From the NCBI GenBank assembly GCA_038844785.1, contig JAWBRA010000009.1, positions 1 to 64,000 of the forward strand: a stretch of DNA of 64,000 nt. The letters run 5' to 3'. This stretch comes from Candidatus Caldarchaeum sp. GTDB taxonomy: Archaea; Thermoproteota; Nitrososphaeria_A; Caldarchaeales; Caldarchaeaceae. Below are positions 18,268 through 28,190 of this stretch, in pieces; the first letter of the stretch is position 1; each line of letters starts with the position of its first letter. The notes under the pieces were generated by a model. That model was not told where the DNA came from. It was given only the letters and a program-made list of their open reading frames with translations, and did not search any database. The position numbers were made by a program, and so were the translations under genes.

Positions 18268-18544
18268 AGAGCCGCTGGTAAATCACGTTTGTCCAGTGGG
18301 TTAATGGGTCGGTCTCGCCGTAGGCTGAGGAACCCGATATATAGTATTCATCTAGGTCGTCGGCGAGCTTCTCAACCTCTTCTACAGTCAACTTCATCTC
18401 AACCCTCAGGTTTTCAGCCTCCGCCAGAAGCCTGTCTGAATGGTTTACCATGGCAACCTCCCTGTAAAACCTTGCCCTGTTCACGATCGAGTAGAGCTTC
18501 TCAATTTTGTCCATTATGTCGGACTTCACATCTTCTTCCGACAT
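18257..18544 (-). CDS. Hypothetical protein
   Basis: 95-aa helical acidic ORF with protein-like composition. Confidence 0.6.
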   Translation of the reverse strand: MSEEDVKSDIMDKIEKLYSIVNRARFYREVAMVNHSDRLLAEAENLRVEMKLTVEEVEKLADDLDEYYISGSSAYGETDPLTHWTNVIYQRLFKT

Positions 18545-18646
18545 CTTTCCTAACCTGCTTTTTTCACCATTTAAGTTAATGCTGGGGAATGGGGGCGCTA
18601 TTATGGTTTAGCAACAGTTTTTATAAGGCGTTCCGCATGTCGGCAG

Positions 18647-18856
18647 CTATCTTATTCCAAAGGCTTTCACATTCATGGTGTTACGGTCTATCAGCACCGT
18701 AAACCTTCTCCACGCTTTATCGTTTTCCCTCCTAAACACACCGGCGGCTTCAACCTCATCATCCCTCACGTAAATCCTTGAAACATTCAGCTGAACGTAG
18801 CCGTACTTGGATTCGAAAAATCTTTTTACAACGGATGTAAGATCCTCGTAGGCCAC
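18647..18856 (-). CDS. Small hypothetical protein
   Basis: 69-aa ORF with alpha/beta pattern and an upstream TTTAA box. Confidence 0.55.
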   Translation of the reverse strand: MAYEDLTSVVKRFFESKYGYVQLNVSRIYVRDDEVEAAGVFRRENDKAWRRFTVLIDRNTMNVKAFGIR

Positions 18857-18922
18857 GGCTGTGGAGCGGCTTGTCCGGTTAAAAATTTAAAGAAGTTTTC
18901 CGCCAGATGACTGGAGATAAAG

Positions 18923-21391
18923 TTGCAGCACTACCTCAAAATCGGCAGGGATTTTGTTTTTCCCGACTACCAGCCTAGATACCCTCGCCAGCCCAGGTTC
19001 CAGATAAAACATTACAAGCTTGAGATAGAGGTTGACTTGGAGGAGAAAAGAGTTGACGGGCTTGCGACTATATCGCTGGAAAGCTTTGGCAACACAGCTT
19101 TCCTAGACGCGGTCGACATGGAAGTCAAATCTGTTGAGGGCTGCGGCTATGACTATGATGGCAAAACCTTGACTCTTCATCTCCCCCGTGCAGGATGGCA
19201 TGAGATACGGGTGGGGTATAGGGCGTGGCCTCGCACAGGGCTTTACTTCATCCTACCCGACAGGACAAACCCGGAACGTCTCCCATTCGTCTACAGCCAT
19301 GGCGAGCCAGAGTACCACAGACACTGGATGCCTATTTACGACTATCCCAACATGAAGTTCACTACCGAAATGCTTGTAACTGTTCCCGAGCCTTTGGAGG
19401 TAGTCTCAAACGGGGAGCTGGTGTCGGTATCAGATAAGAACGGCGGTTTGAGAACCTGGCATTGGTCGCTTGACGTTCCTCACACCTCCTATCTTATCAG
19501 TTTCGTGGCTGGGGTTTTCGACAAAGTCGAGGAAGACTTTAACGGGCTGAAGCTTGCCTACTACGTGCCGAAGGGCATGAAAAACTATGTGAAAAACTCC
19601 TTCGGTAAAACAGCCGACATCATCAAATTCTTCAGCGAATACCTCAACTATCCATACCCCTACAAGTCTTACAGACAGGTGTGCGTTCCCGAGTTTGTCG
19701 TGGGTGGAATGGAAAATACTACGGCTACGACTTTAACAGACCTAACTTTACATGACGACCATGCTCACCTCGATTTCTCAAGCGACCCCCTGATCGCACA
19801 CGAGCTGGCGCACCAATGGTTTGGGGACCTTGTCACATGCAGGGATTGGTCGCACATCTGGCTCAACGAATCCTTTGCAACATATCTTGAAAACCTCTAC
19901 GTTCTCCATGACAAAGGACATGACGAGTTCCTCTACGAGCTCTACAGCGACTTGAAATCATACCTAGACGAGTATCAGAAAAGGTATTCACGGCCCGTTG
20001 TAATGAGGCTCTACCGTTATCCTGAAGAGTTGTTTGACAGACACGCCTACCCTAAAGGAGGTCTAGTTCTTCATACAATTAAAAACGTTGTAGGTGAGGA
20101 AAGCTTCAGGAAGGGCCTGCATCTCTTCCTCAGCAAACATGCATTTTCAACAGCTGACACTGAAGACCTGCGAAAAGCGTTAGAGCAGGCTTCGGGGATG
20201 TCTCTTGAGCATCTGTTCGAGCAGCTTGTGTATTCGGCTGGGCATCCGTCGGCTAAGGTCAGCTACCGATGGGAGGAGGAGATCAAAACCCTCAGACTTA
20301 GCTTGAAACAAACCCAGCGTGATGACTCGCCGGAAATTTACAACCTCGAGATAGAATGCCACATACATTTGGACGGGGAGAAGGTTGTTAGGAAGTTTTC
20401 TCTGGAGGAGAGAGAGGTTTCACTGCATATACCTTTGAAGACGAAACCTTCCCACATATGTGTAGACCCTGAGTTCAAGCTGCTTAGGGTTGTGGAGGTG
20501 GAGAGGCCTTTAGAGGAGGTTTTGAGGGCCGTGGAGAAATGTGGAAGCGTTGTCTGCAGAATCGAGATGGTTGAGTTCCTTGGCAAGCATGGTGGACATA
20601 GGGCTGTGGAGGCTTTGGAAAGAGTTGTTAAAAACGATGGGTTCTGGGGCGTGTCATACCAAGCCGCTAAAGCGTTAGGCGAAGTCATGTCGGAAGAAGC
20701 CAAGCAAGCTTTGCTGAGATGTTTGAAGGAAGTTAAACATCCAAAAGTTAAGCGGGGAATTGTCGAAGCTCTCGGCTCTTACGAGTTGGACAACGAGGTG
20801 GCTGATAGCCTGCAAACCATCATCGAAGACGTCAGCGAATCCTACTACGTAAGACAAGCTGCTTGCATCAGCATGGGCCGGCTCAAGATTTCGGACAGGC
20901 TTCCTGTGCTGCTGAAGGCTCTGGGCTACAAATCCCACGCTGAAGTAATCGCCAGCGGGGCTGTGACAGGCCTAGCCGAGCTTGGGACAGATGAATCCTT
21001 CCCCCATGTAATGGAGCGTACAAAACCAGGCTTTCCAACTCCTGTAAGGGTTTCCGCGGTGGTGGGTTTGGCTAAGTTTCCCAACAGGCATGAGGTTTTC
21101 GAGGCGTTGGAAAGGCTGTCTAAAGACTCCAGCGAGAGGGTCAGACACGCCGTCGTCGCCGCCGCCAGAGAACTGCTGGACCATAGACTGCTCACTATGC
21201 TTGACACAATGGCTGAGAAAGACCTCAACGAGAGGGTGAGAAGAAACGCCAGAGAAGTTGCGAAAAAAATTAGAGACCATTTAGAAAAGGGGGTGGAGTA
21301 CAAAGCCTTACGCGAGGAGCTCGATAAAATAAGAGAGGAAAACCGGAGGCTGGCTGACAGAATCTACAGAATGGAGGGAAAGCTCGTTTAA
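18923..21391 (+). CDS. pepN: M1 family aminopeptidase with C-terminal HEAT repeats
   Basis: GGMEN, HELAHQWFG...WLNE, AYPKG; HEAT-like repeats and a coiled-coil tail. Confidence 0.92.
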   Translation: MQHYLKIGRDFVFPDYQPRYPRQPRFQIKHYKLEIEVDLEEKRVDGLATISLESFGNTAFLDAVDMEVKSVEGCGYDYDGKTLTLHLPRAGWHEIRVGYRAWPRTGLYFILPDRTNPERLPFVYSHGEPEYHRHWMPIYDYPNMKFTTEMLVTVPEPLEVVSNGELVSVSDKNGGLRTWHWSLDVPHTSYLISFVAGVFDKVEEDFNGLKLAYYVPKGMKNYVKNSFGKTADIIKFFSEYLNYPYPYKSYRQVCVPEFVVGGMENTTATTLTDLTLHDDHAHLDFSSDPLIAHELAHQWFGDLVTCRDWSHIWLNESFATYLENLYVLHDKGHDEFLYELYSDLKSYLDEYQKRYSRPVVMRLYRYPEELFDRHAYPKGGLVLHTIKNVVGEESFRKGLHLFLSKHAFSTADTEDLRKALEQASGMSLEHLFEQLVYSAGHPSAKVSYRWEEEIKTLRLSLKQTQRDDSPEIYNLEIECHIHLDGEKVVRKFSLEEREVSLHIPLKTKPSHICVDPEFKLLRVVEVERPLEEVLRAVEKCGSVVCRIEMVEFLGKHGGHRAVEALERVVKNDGFWGVSYQAAKALGEVMSEEAKQALLRCLKEVKHPKVKRGIVEALGSYELDNEVADSLQTIIEDVSESYYVRQAACISMGRLKISDRLPVLLKALGYKSHAEVIASGAVTGLAELGTDESFPHVMERTKPGFPTPVRVSAVVGLAKFPNRHEVFEALERLSKDSSERVRHAVVAAARELLDHRLLTMLDTMAEKDLNERVRRNAREVAKKIRDHLEKGVEYKALREELDKIREENRRLADRIYRMEGKLV

Positions 21392-21442
21392 ACGCTTCAG
21401 GCAGCTGGCAACGTTTAATCCCCGCCGTATAAATCTTTAGAC

Positions 21443-21497
21443 GGCGATGATGAGGGACTCTTAGTTGAGTGGTGAGAGTCTCTGGGGTATCTGAGCC
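21443..21497 (+). ncRNA. Box C/D sRNA (putative 2'-O-methylation guide)
   Basis: Intergenic between convergent genes: GGC-G-ATGATGA (C)-11 nt-TTGA (D')-GTGGTGA (C')-15 nt-CTGA (D)-GCC, with a terminal stem. Confidence 0.75.
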
Positions 21498-21498
21498 C

Positions 21499-21882
21499 TT
21501 AAATCAGAGTTTCAATACGTTCCACCAAGTCGCGGGCGGTTACGATTCCAACCAGTTCTCCTCCTTGATTTATCACGGGTAGGTGTCTTATCTGCTGGGA
21601 GACCATTATGTTCTTAGCATCATTTACCGATGTTGTCTCCTTCACCGTGATAACATTTTTTGTCATGTGAAGTTTGACCGGCTCGTCTCCCGACAGCCTC
21701 AACGCGAAAAACTTGACAAAATCCTTCTCAGTAACTATGCCGACGACCTTCTTTCCTGAGACGATCACGACACTGCTGACCCGTCCTTGGAGCATTTTTT
21801 CGGCGACTTGTGAGAGTGTATCCTCCTCGCTTGCTGTGACAAGCTTACGCGACATCACCTCAGAAACTTTAATCGACTGCAA
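21499..21882 (-). CDS. CBS domain pair protein
   Basis: Two CBS repeats (VVGIVTEKD, RHLPV...LVGIVTARD). Confidence 0.9.
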   Translation of the reverse strand: MQSIKVSEVMSRKLVTASEEDTLSQVAEKMLQGRVSSVVIVSGKKVVGIVTEKDFVKFFALRLSGDEPVKLHMTKNVITVKETTSVNDAKNIMVSQQIRHLPVINQGGELVGIVTARDLVERIETLI

Positions 21883-21915
21883 CGGTTATAATGTCAATTT
21901 AGGAGAATAAAACAT

Positions 21916-22716
21916 TTACTCGGGGGATATTGTTTTGGGGACATCGGCGATGCTTTCAACAACTAGATCGGCTTGGCTGGAAAGATGTTCAAAGAGCTTG
22001 TAGGCACCGGTCTTGACAAGGATACTTCTACAGCCAACAGTTTTCGCCGCCCCCACGTCTGTGTCAACCCTGTCGCCGACAAACACGACCTCCTCTTTAG
22101 AAAGCCCCAGAAGTTCTAAGGCTTGTTTCGAGGTCTCGAGCTCGGGCTTTCCCACTGAAAGAGGCTTAACACCCGTTGCTGTTGAAAGCAGGGCCGCTAT
22201 CGAGCCTGCTCCGGGAAGCAATCCTTCGACCGTCGGGTATACGTTGTCCAGGTTTGTGGCTAAGAAGAAAGCGCCCGCCCTTATGGCGAGGGAGGCTTTG
22301 GCCAGCTTTTCATAGCTAAGCCTTCTGTCAAGCCCAACAACGACATAGTCGGCTTTCCGCCAGTCATCCAGAGACAAGATATTCAAACCTAGCTCGGCGG
22401 CCTCGGCGGTGAAGCCGTCTTCGGCCACCGGCAGGATGTTCTTCCCCAAGCCTCTCTTTTTTATGAACCTGGCTGCTACGACGCCTGACGTAAGGACCTC
22501 GTTCTCAGAGGCTTGTATTCCCATTCTTGAGAGCTTTTCCACATACTGTTTACGTGTCAGGGTTGAGTTGTTGGTGAGAAAGACAACTTTAATCCCCATT
22601 TCCCTCAACCTTTTTACCGCCTCGGCAGCGCCGTCAACGGCTCTTTCGCCTACGTAAATGCACCCGTCCAGGTCTAGGATAAGGCCTTTAACTTTTTTGA
22701 GCATCATCTTCTTCAA
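21916..22716 (-). CDS. HAD-IIA family phosphatase (NagD-like)
   Basis: DLDG, LTNN, GKP, VGDRVDTD. Confidence 0.9.
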   Translation of the reverse strand: MKKMMLKKVKGLILDLDGCIYVGERAVDGAAEAVKRLREMGIKVVFLTNNSTLTRKQYVEKLSRMGIQASENEVLTSGVVAARFIKKRGLGKNILPVAEDGFTAEAAELGLNILSLDDWRKADYVVVGLDRRLSYEKLAKASLAIRAGAFFLATNLDNVYPTVEGLLPGAGSIAALLSTATGVKPLSVGKPELETSKQALELLGLSKEEVVFVGDRVDTDVGAAKTVGCRSILVKTGAYKLFEHLSSQADLVVESIADVPKTISPE

Positions 22717-23168
22717 GCTGACTCTTTAACGGCCGAGAAGGAGACGCAGGTCATCGTTTTACCAACACCCTCCATCATCCGTAACTTGTCTACGACCAGA
22801 GACCCTATTGACTGCATCGAGTCTGTCCTCACCTTAACTAGAATGTCCCACTCCCCTGTTATTAGATGTGCTTCAACAACCTCAGGCATCTTAGCTATCT
22901 CTTGCGCCAGCTTTTTCTGAGGCATAGTTCCCTGCTGGAAGGATATTAGAATGAAGGCCGTAGCTGGCTTACCCAGCTTCGAATAATCAACCTGGACCGT
23001 GTATTTCTTTATTACGCCAAGCTGCTTAAGCCTTTTAATCCTCTCCTGCACGGTTGTCCTAGGCATCTTAAGCTTTGCAGCAAGCTCTGTAATCGACTGC
23101 TCGGCGTTATCCATCAATTCCTCAATAATTCTGAGGTCTTTTTCGTCGAGTTCCGGGTTCATGCTCAC
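22713..23168 (-). CDS. Lrp/AsnC family transcriptional regulator
   Basis: N-terminal HTH (LDEKD...RIKRL...GVIK) and a RAM domain (TGEWD). Confidence 0.92.
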   Translation of the reverse strand: MSMNPELDEKDLRIIEELMDNAEQSITELAAKLKMPRTTVQERIKRLKQLGVIKKYTVQVDYSKLGKPATAFILISFQQGTMPQKKLAQEIAKMPEVVEAHLITGEWDILVKVRTDSMQSIGSLVVDKLRMMEGVGKTMTCVSFSAVKESA

Positions 23169-23270
23169 TCTGTGTTTGTAGTTGTAGCCTAAAATGTCTG
23201 CCTATTAGACAATTGTCGAAAACCATCTCTGCAAAAGACTTTTAATACAACCACTACCAAAAACACCTAG

Positions 23271-24317
23271 ATGCCCAAAATAAACAGCGCAGCCATAATC
23301 GGCTACGGTCTCTACATACCTAGGTACCGAATAAGAGGGGAGGAGTTGGCTAGGGTTTGGGGGAAAAGCAAGTCAGACCTCCCTGTTAAAGAGAAAGCAG
23401 TAGCAGGTCCTGACGAGGACACGGTTACTATGTCGGTGGAGGCGGCGCGCTACGCTTTAAAGAGAGCTGGAGTAGACCCGTCGAAGATCTCGGCCGTACA
23501 TGTGGGGACGGAGTCAAAGCCTTACGCCGTCAAGCCAAGCGGCACGCTTGTGGCTGAGATACTTGGCGCCTCTAGGAACACAACCTCAGCTGACCTCGAG
23601 TTCGCATGCAAGGCAGGGACGGAGGCTGTTCAAATGGTGACAGCCCTTGTCGAGTCGGGAAGAATAGAATATGGCCTGGCGATTGGCGCTGACACAGCTC
23701 AAGGAAGGCCTGGAGATGCTCTTGAATACACCGCTGCCAGCGGAGCCGCCGCCTTCGTCATCGGAAAAGCCGACAACAGCTGCATAGCTAAGTTTGAATA
23801 CTCTGTCTCGGTCGTAACGGACACTCCTGACTTTTGGCGTAGGAGCTATGAGCGATATCCCGTCCACGCCTCCCGGTTCACAGGCGAGCCAGCTTACTTC
23901 CACCACACCCTTACAGCCGTTAACACAATACTGGAGGAGAACGGCTACTCAGTAGATGACATCGACTACTTCGTATTTCATCAGCCAAACGTAAAGTTTC
24001 CACTCACAGCAGCGAAGCTGCTCTCCATACCCAGCTCGAAGATAGCTCCGGGTATAGTTGCGGACGTTGTTGGCAACACATACGCAGCATGCTCTATGTT
24101 GGGCCTCGCTAAAGTGCTTGACATAGCCGTACCCGGCCAAAGAATTCTGATGACATCGTACGGCTCAGGCGCCGGCAGCGATTCCTTCATCATAACCGTC
24201 TGCGACGGAATCGTTGAAAAAAGAGACAAGGCTCCCACGTTCCAGCAGCTGCTAAGCCGAAACAAGCAGGTTGACTACGCCACTTACTTAAAGTTCAGAG
24301 ATAAGATAAGGGTGTAG
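23271..24317 (+). CDS. Hydroxymethylglutaryl-CoA synthase (archaeal)
   Basis: GTESKPYAVK, EFACKAG catalytic Cys, FHQPN, GNTY, SYGSGAGSD. Confidence 0.93.
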   Translation: MPKINSAAIIGYGLYIPRYRIRGEELARVWGKSKSDLPVKEKAVAGPDEDTVTMSVEAARYALKRAGVDPSKISAVHVGTESKPYAVKPSGTLVAEILGASRNTTSADLEFACKAGTEAVQMVTALVESGRIEYGLAIGADTAQGRPGDALEYTAASGAAAFVIGKADNSCIAKFEYSVSVVTDTPDFWRRSYERYPVHASRFTGEPAYFHHTLTAVNTILEENGYSVDDIDYFVFHQPNVKFPLTAAKLLSIPSSKIAPGIVADVVGNTYAACSMLGLAKVLDIAVPGQRILMTSYGSGAGSDSFIITVCDGIVEKRDKAPTFQQLLSRNKQVDYATYLKFRDKIRV

Positions 24318-24320
24318 TGT

Positions 24321-25475
24321 TTGAGGGCCTACCTATGCGGAGGTGCTGTCTTAAAAGTTGACGAACACTGGGATAAAAGCCTAGCAAACCTTCTCGCCGA
24401 AGCAGGGTTGAGAGCTCTCGAATCCTCCGGCATCTCCTACGTGGACCATGTATTCATTGCAAACGTTTACGGGGAGGTTTTGCAGGAGCAAGCCAATCTA
24501 GGTACGTTGCTTGCTGAAGAGCTTGGGCTCAGAGGCGTTACGGCAGCACGTGTTGAGGCCGGCGGAGCTTCGGGCTTGTCAGCGATATACGCAGGATGTT
24601 TAGCCGTAAACTCTGGACTTGCCAACGCGGTCCTCGTGGTTGGCGCCGAGAAAATGTCTGACGGAACTGTTGAGGAAGCTGTATCTCTTTTGACGATGGA
24701 AGAAAGACAAGATTACGTCGGCTTTTTAGGGGTTAGCCAGCTTGCGGAAGCGGCGTTGCTCTACAAGGAGTATCTGAAAAGATACAGAGTGGCCCCCGAA
24801 GACGTTGCTTACTTCACGGTTTTAAGCCATGAGAACTCTTCAACAGCGCCTCACGCCCAATACCAGTTTAAGGTAAGCCTCGAATCTGTTATCAGCTCGC
24901 CCTACGTCGCCGAGCCATTACACAGGCTTGAGACGACAGCACCAGCCGACGGTGCTGCCGCAATACTGGTCTTGTCGCAGGAGCTGGCAAAGCGGATGAA
25001 AGAGCCTAAATGCATTGTTACAGGGATTGGTTTCGCCGCCGATTTCATGACAGCCTTCGACAGAGAGGACCCGCTTGAGATGAGAAGTTTAGCCGACGCG
25101 GGGAGACGTGCTTTGGAGATGGCCGGCATACCGAAGTCAAAGGTGGATTTTATAGAACTCCACGATTCATACAGCATATTGGCGCCGCTATCACTGGAGG
25201 CTTTGAGTCTTGCCGACAGGGGGCAGGCATGTCTGCAGGCTAGGAAAGGCCGTTTCAGTCTATCGGGTGAAATACCCATAAACACTTTCGGAGGCCTTAA
25301 GGGAAGAGGCTATCCCGTAGGAGCGTCCGGAGTCTACGCGGTGGTCGAGGCTTTTATGCAGCTTACTGACAGTGCTTCGAAAAATCAGGTAGCCAATGCC
25401 GACGTGGGCCTTGTAGAATCTCTGTCTGGCCTAGGGTCTTACGCAGGTGTTGCCGTTCTAGAGAGGGAGAGGTGA
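24321..25475 (+). CDS. Thiolase-family protein lacking canonical catalytic residues
   Basis: Thiolase fold (VGAEKM, DGAAA, ELHD, INTFGGLK), but VEAGGASG replaces VEAACASG and GYPVGASG replaces GHPVGASG. Confidence 0.85.
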   Translation: MRAYLCGGAVLKVDEHWDKSLANLLAEAGLRALESSGISYVDHVFIANVYGEVLQEQANLGTLLAEELGLRGVTAARVEAGGASGLSAIYAGCLAVNSGLANAVLVVGAEKMSDGTVEEAVSLLTMEERQDYVGFLGVSQLAEAALLYKEYLKRYRVAPEDVAYFTVLSHENSSTAPHAQYQFKVSLESVISSPYVAEPLHRLETTAPADGAAAILVLSQELAKRMKEPKCIVTGIGFAADFMTAFDREDPLEMRSLADAGRRALEMAGIPKSKVDFIELHDSYSILAPLSLEALSLADRGQACLQARKGRFSLSGEIPINTFGGLKGRGYPVGASGVYAVVEAFMQLTDSASKNQVANADVGLVESLSGLGSYAGVAVLERER

Positions 25476-25879
25476 GCGAAGTGTCGGTAAGACCTCCCGC
25501 ATACTGGCGTTCTAGACCTTTCATATACAGGCTTGAGGGCAGCCGCTGCACCGTATGCGGTCACTTCCATCCATATAAGAGGCTTGTATGCAGGAGATGC
25601 AGGTCTAAACGTTTAGACGAAGACAGACTTCCCTCAAAGGGAAGATTGCTGTATTACACGGTTGTGACGCAGGCGCAGCATGGGTTTGAAAACAACACGC
25701 CGTACATAGTTGGATTGGTGGAGATAGATGACGGCACCCAGCTTGTTGGCCAGCTGACCGACTGCGATCCAGAAGACCTGAAGCCCGGAACAGTTGTTGA
25801 ACCTGTTGTCAGAAGAATAAGAGCCGACGGCGACTCTAGGCTTATTGTGTACGGGGCTAAGTTTAAACCCCTTGTTTAA
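25472..25879 (+). CDS. DUF35 Zn-ribbon/OB-fold protein
   Basis: CTVC and CRRC Zn ribbon plus OB fold; thiolase/HMG-CoA synthase context. Confidence 0.9.
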   Translation: MSEVSVRPPAYWRSRPFIYRLEGSRCTVCGHFHPYKRLVCRRCRSKRLDEDRLPSKGRLLYYTVVTQAQHGFENNTPYIVGLVEIDDGTQLVGQLTDCDPEDLKPGTVVEPVVRRIRADGDSRLIVYGAKFKPLV

Positions 25880-26655
25880 TGGCTCATAACGCTCTTCCAT
25901 ACGAGTAGCGTCGCATACTCTCGGGGGATGGCTTCCTGCTGCGCAACCCTTTCTATCTCTGCTCTCAACACGGACTCCGCCCTAGGGCCGTGTGTCAGCA
26001 TATAACGTTTTTTAACATCTTCAAACAGCTTTGCTACTTCTTCCTTGCTTGAGGTTAGGTCCGTTATTGTGCGGGGTAGGTCCGACAGTTGTTTAATCAT
26101 GTCGTCGACAGTCTTCAATCTGTTTCGGATGCTTGTTAGCTTCTTTCTGAGCTCTGGAATACGGGCTTCCAGCTCCTCCTTCAGTCCCACGTTTTTCGCG
26201 TTTGGTTTATCTCCTTCGAGCTGCATAGTGTTAAGCTCTATGCTGGACCATATTAGCTCCTCTTCGACCTCGGCGAACTCAGAGCCTAAAGCGTCCCTGG
26301 CCCTTTTGAGCTTCTCCAAAACATTTTCCGACTTCACAAGAACAGCTCTCCTTCTCTCTGCTAGACGGCTGAGAATGCTTCGTATAAGCTGTGGCCTTAA
26401 TTCATCGAGCTTCATACAGTAGGCGATGAAATTTTTGTCAATGTTCCTAAGCCTCTCAACCTCCTTCATAACCTCGTCGTAGAGCTGGAGCGCTTCGTCA
26501 AGGTCTCCACCTTCCTGTTGCGGCTGAGGCTGAGCCTGCTCCTGCGGTGGCTCCTCTTTCACCACGGGTACCTCCACATCCTGCTGGACAGGCAAAGCCT
26601 CAACCTCAGGAGGCTCCGAAGCCTTTTTCACTTTCAAGACTATTTTTTTCACCAC
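25876..26655 (-). CDS. Coiled-coil hypothetical protein downstream of rpn11
   Basis: Low-complexity P/Q/E N-terminus and long heptad helices; 32 bp from rpn11 on the same strand. Confidence 0.75.
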   Translation of the reverse strand: MVKKIVLKVKKASEPPEVEALPVQQDVEVPVVKEEPPQEQAQPQPQQEGGDLDEALQLYDEVMKEVERLRNIDKNFIAYCMKLDELRPQLIRSILSRLAERRRAVLVKSENVLEKLKRARDALGSEFAEVEEELIWSSIELNTMQLEGDKPNAKNVGLKEELEARIPELRKKLTSIRNRLKTVDDMIKQLSDLPRTITDLTSSKEEVAKLFEDVKKRYMLTHGPRAESVLRAEIERVAQQEAIPREYATLLVWKSVMSH

Positions 26656-26687
26656 AGTCTAACACCTTTAAACGCTGCCTCTAGTCT

Positions 26688-27296
26688 TCAAATGCCGAAC
26701 AGCTTTTTAGCTTTTCCAAGCAGGCCTCCCCCCTCTCCCTCCGATGGATTGTTCGCGGTCTTACCCCCAGACTCTGCAACAATCTGGCGGATGTCAAACG
26801 TGGCCAACGCATGGAGAGTGCTTTCAAGCAGCTTTGTCCTATGTACTCCTATAGAAACTGGGAGGGAGACAACCTTGCCCTCTTTGGAGATTTGGAAAAC
26901 CTTGAAATCTAGTGATGAAATTTCTCGGGTTCTTGCGTAGTTTACGGGGTCTATAACCAACGCAACCGCTTTCGGATACATGAGCTGATACCTTTTTTGA
27001 GTGTCTATGTCTGTAGGGGATAGGAAAACGTCCAGCCCAGGATGTGAATGGTACCAGCCAACTATGTAAAGTCCTTTGCCTTCTTGTGCCAACTGTTCAG
27101 CTACACGTGACATCACAGATTCATCGAGTTGGACGTAGGCAGGCGTCCCATACTGCTCGCCCGTCATAGCATCCCATATCTCTAAAACCTTGCCAGCCGA
27201 CTTGCCGACCAAAAGGCCAGCCACCTCCTTGTTCAAATTTGCGGTTGAATGCTTAACTATCTTGGCGAGGGCTAGGGGGTATATCCTTACACGCAT
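26688..27296 (-). CDS. rpn11: JAMM/MPN+ deubiquitinase (Rpn11-like)
   Basis: EVAGLLVG and VGWYHSHPGLDVFLSPTD JAMM motif. Confidence 0.93.
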   Translation of the reverse strand: MRVRIYPLALAKIVKHSTANLNKEVAGLLVGKSAGKVLEIWDAMTGEQYGTPAYVQLDESVMSRVAEQLAQEGKGLYIVGWYHSHPGLDVFLSPTDIDTQKRYQLMYPKAVALVIDPVNYARTREISSLDFKVFQISKEGKVVSLPVSIGVHRTKLLESTLHALATFDIRQIVAESGGKTANNPSEGEGGGLLGKAKKLFGI

Positions 27297-27446
27297 TGGG
27301 TAAACAATGGATAAAGGTCAATAATAAGAATGACTTGACATAGGTAGCCTACGCCTCTTTGAATGTTATCGAGATACCTCTCCGGCCGTTTCGGTGTTTT
27401 ACACATGGTTAAACCTTATATACGCTCAAAAGAAAAAAACTGCAGA

Positions 27447-27710
27447 ATGAAGATAAAGATTGTTCCCGCAGTTGGTGGAGGTACACCCTTGGAGCTTGAG
27501 GTTTCACCCAACGCGACAGTTGGTGCTGTCAGGACTAAGGTGTGTGCTATAAAGAAGCTTCCCCCCGACACTACTAGGTTGACATACAAAGGGAGGGCTT
27601 TGAAAGATACTGAAACCCTACAAAGCATAGGGGTGTCTGACGGTGATAAATTTGTGTTGATAACTAGGACGGTGGGGGGAGTTGGAAAACCTTTACGTGG
27701 AGCTGCCTGA
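27447..27710 (+). CDS. Eukaryote-like ubiquitin precursor with 9-aa C-terminal propeptide
   Basis: MKIKIVPAVGGG...RLTYKGRALKD...LITRTVGG|VGKPLRGAA beta-grasp fold. TTATATA box about 25 nt upstream supports the 27447 start. Confidence 0.93.
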   Translation: MKIKIVPAVGGGTPLELEVSPNATVGAVRTKVCAIKKLPPDTTRLTYKGRALKDTETLQSIGVSDGDKFVLITRTVGGVGKPLRGAA

Positions 27711-28188
27711 GACCGCGTGGTACAAACGTCTGGCGCTCGAGTATTCGTTGATGCAGGAGCATGAGCCTACGTTCAACCCTGTGGAAAACGACCTCACCCA
27801 CTACGAGGGCGTAATAATAGGAACAAACATGTATGAAGGCGGGTACTTTAGGGTAGAGATACTTCTCCCACGGTCGTATCCTTTTTATCCACCTGACGTT
27901 GTTTGGCATACTCGTATCTGGCATCCTAACTTTTCCGACAGCGTGCCAGCCCGTGTGTGTGAGTCCGTGTTTAAAGACCATTGGTCGCCGTCTCTAAGGC
28001 TTGTAGCCGTGATAGAGTCTCTTCGAAACCTTTTGAACAACCCAAACCCGGAAGACCCCCTGAACCCTGTGGCGGCGTTCGAGTACAAGAACAGGCCGGA
28101 CCTTTTCATGGCTAGAGTTAGACAGTTTATAGAAGAATATGCAACACCTGAGCAGGCGTTTAAACAAAGCAAGCGAAAGGGGCTCTAG
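27682..28188 (+). CDS. Ubiquitin-conjugating enzyme E2
   Basis: YEGGYF, YPFYPP, WHPN, catalytic Cys in RVCES, WSP, PNPEDPLN. Confidence 0.95.
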   Translation: MENLYVELPETAWYKRLALEYSLMQEHEPTFNPVENDLTHYEGVIIGTNMYEGGYFRVEILLPRSYPFYPPDVVWHTRIWHPNFSDSVPARVCESVFKDHWSPSLRLVAVIESLRNLLNNPNPEDPLNPVAAFEYKNRPDLFMARVRQFIEEYATPEQAFKQSKRKGL

Positions 28189-28190
28189 GT

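Noticed and set aside
27363-27446. N-terminal extension of ubiquitin
   Set aside because: It spans the TATA box; the fold starts at MKIKIV.
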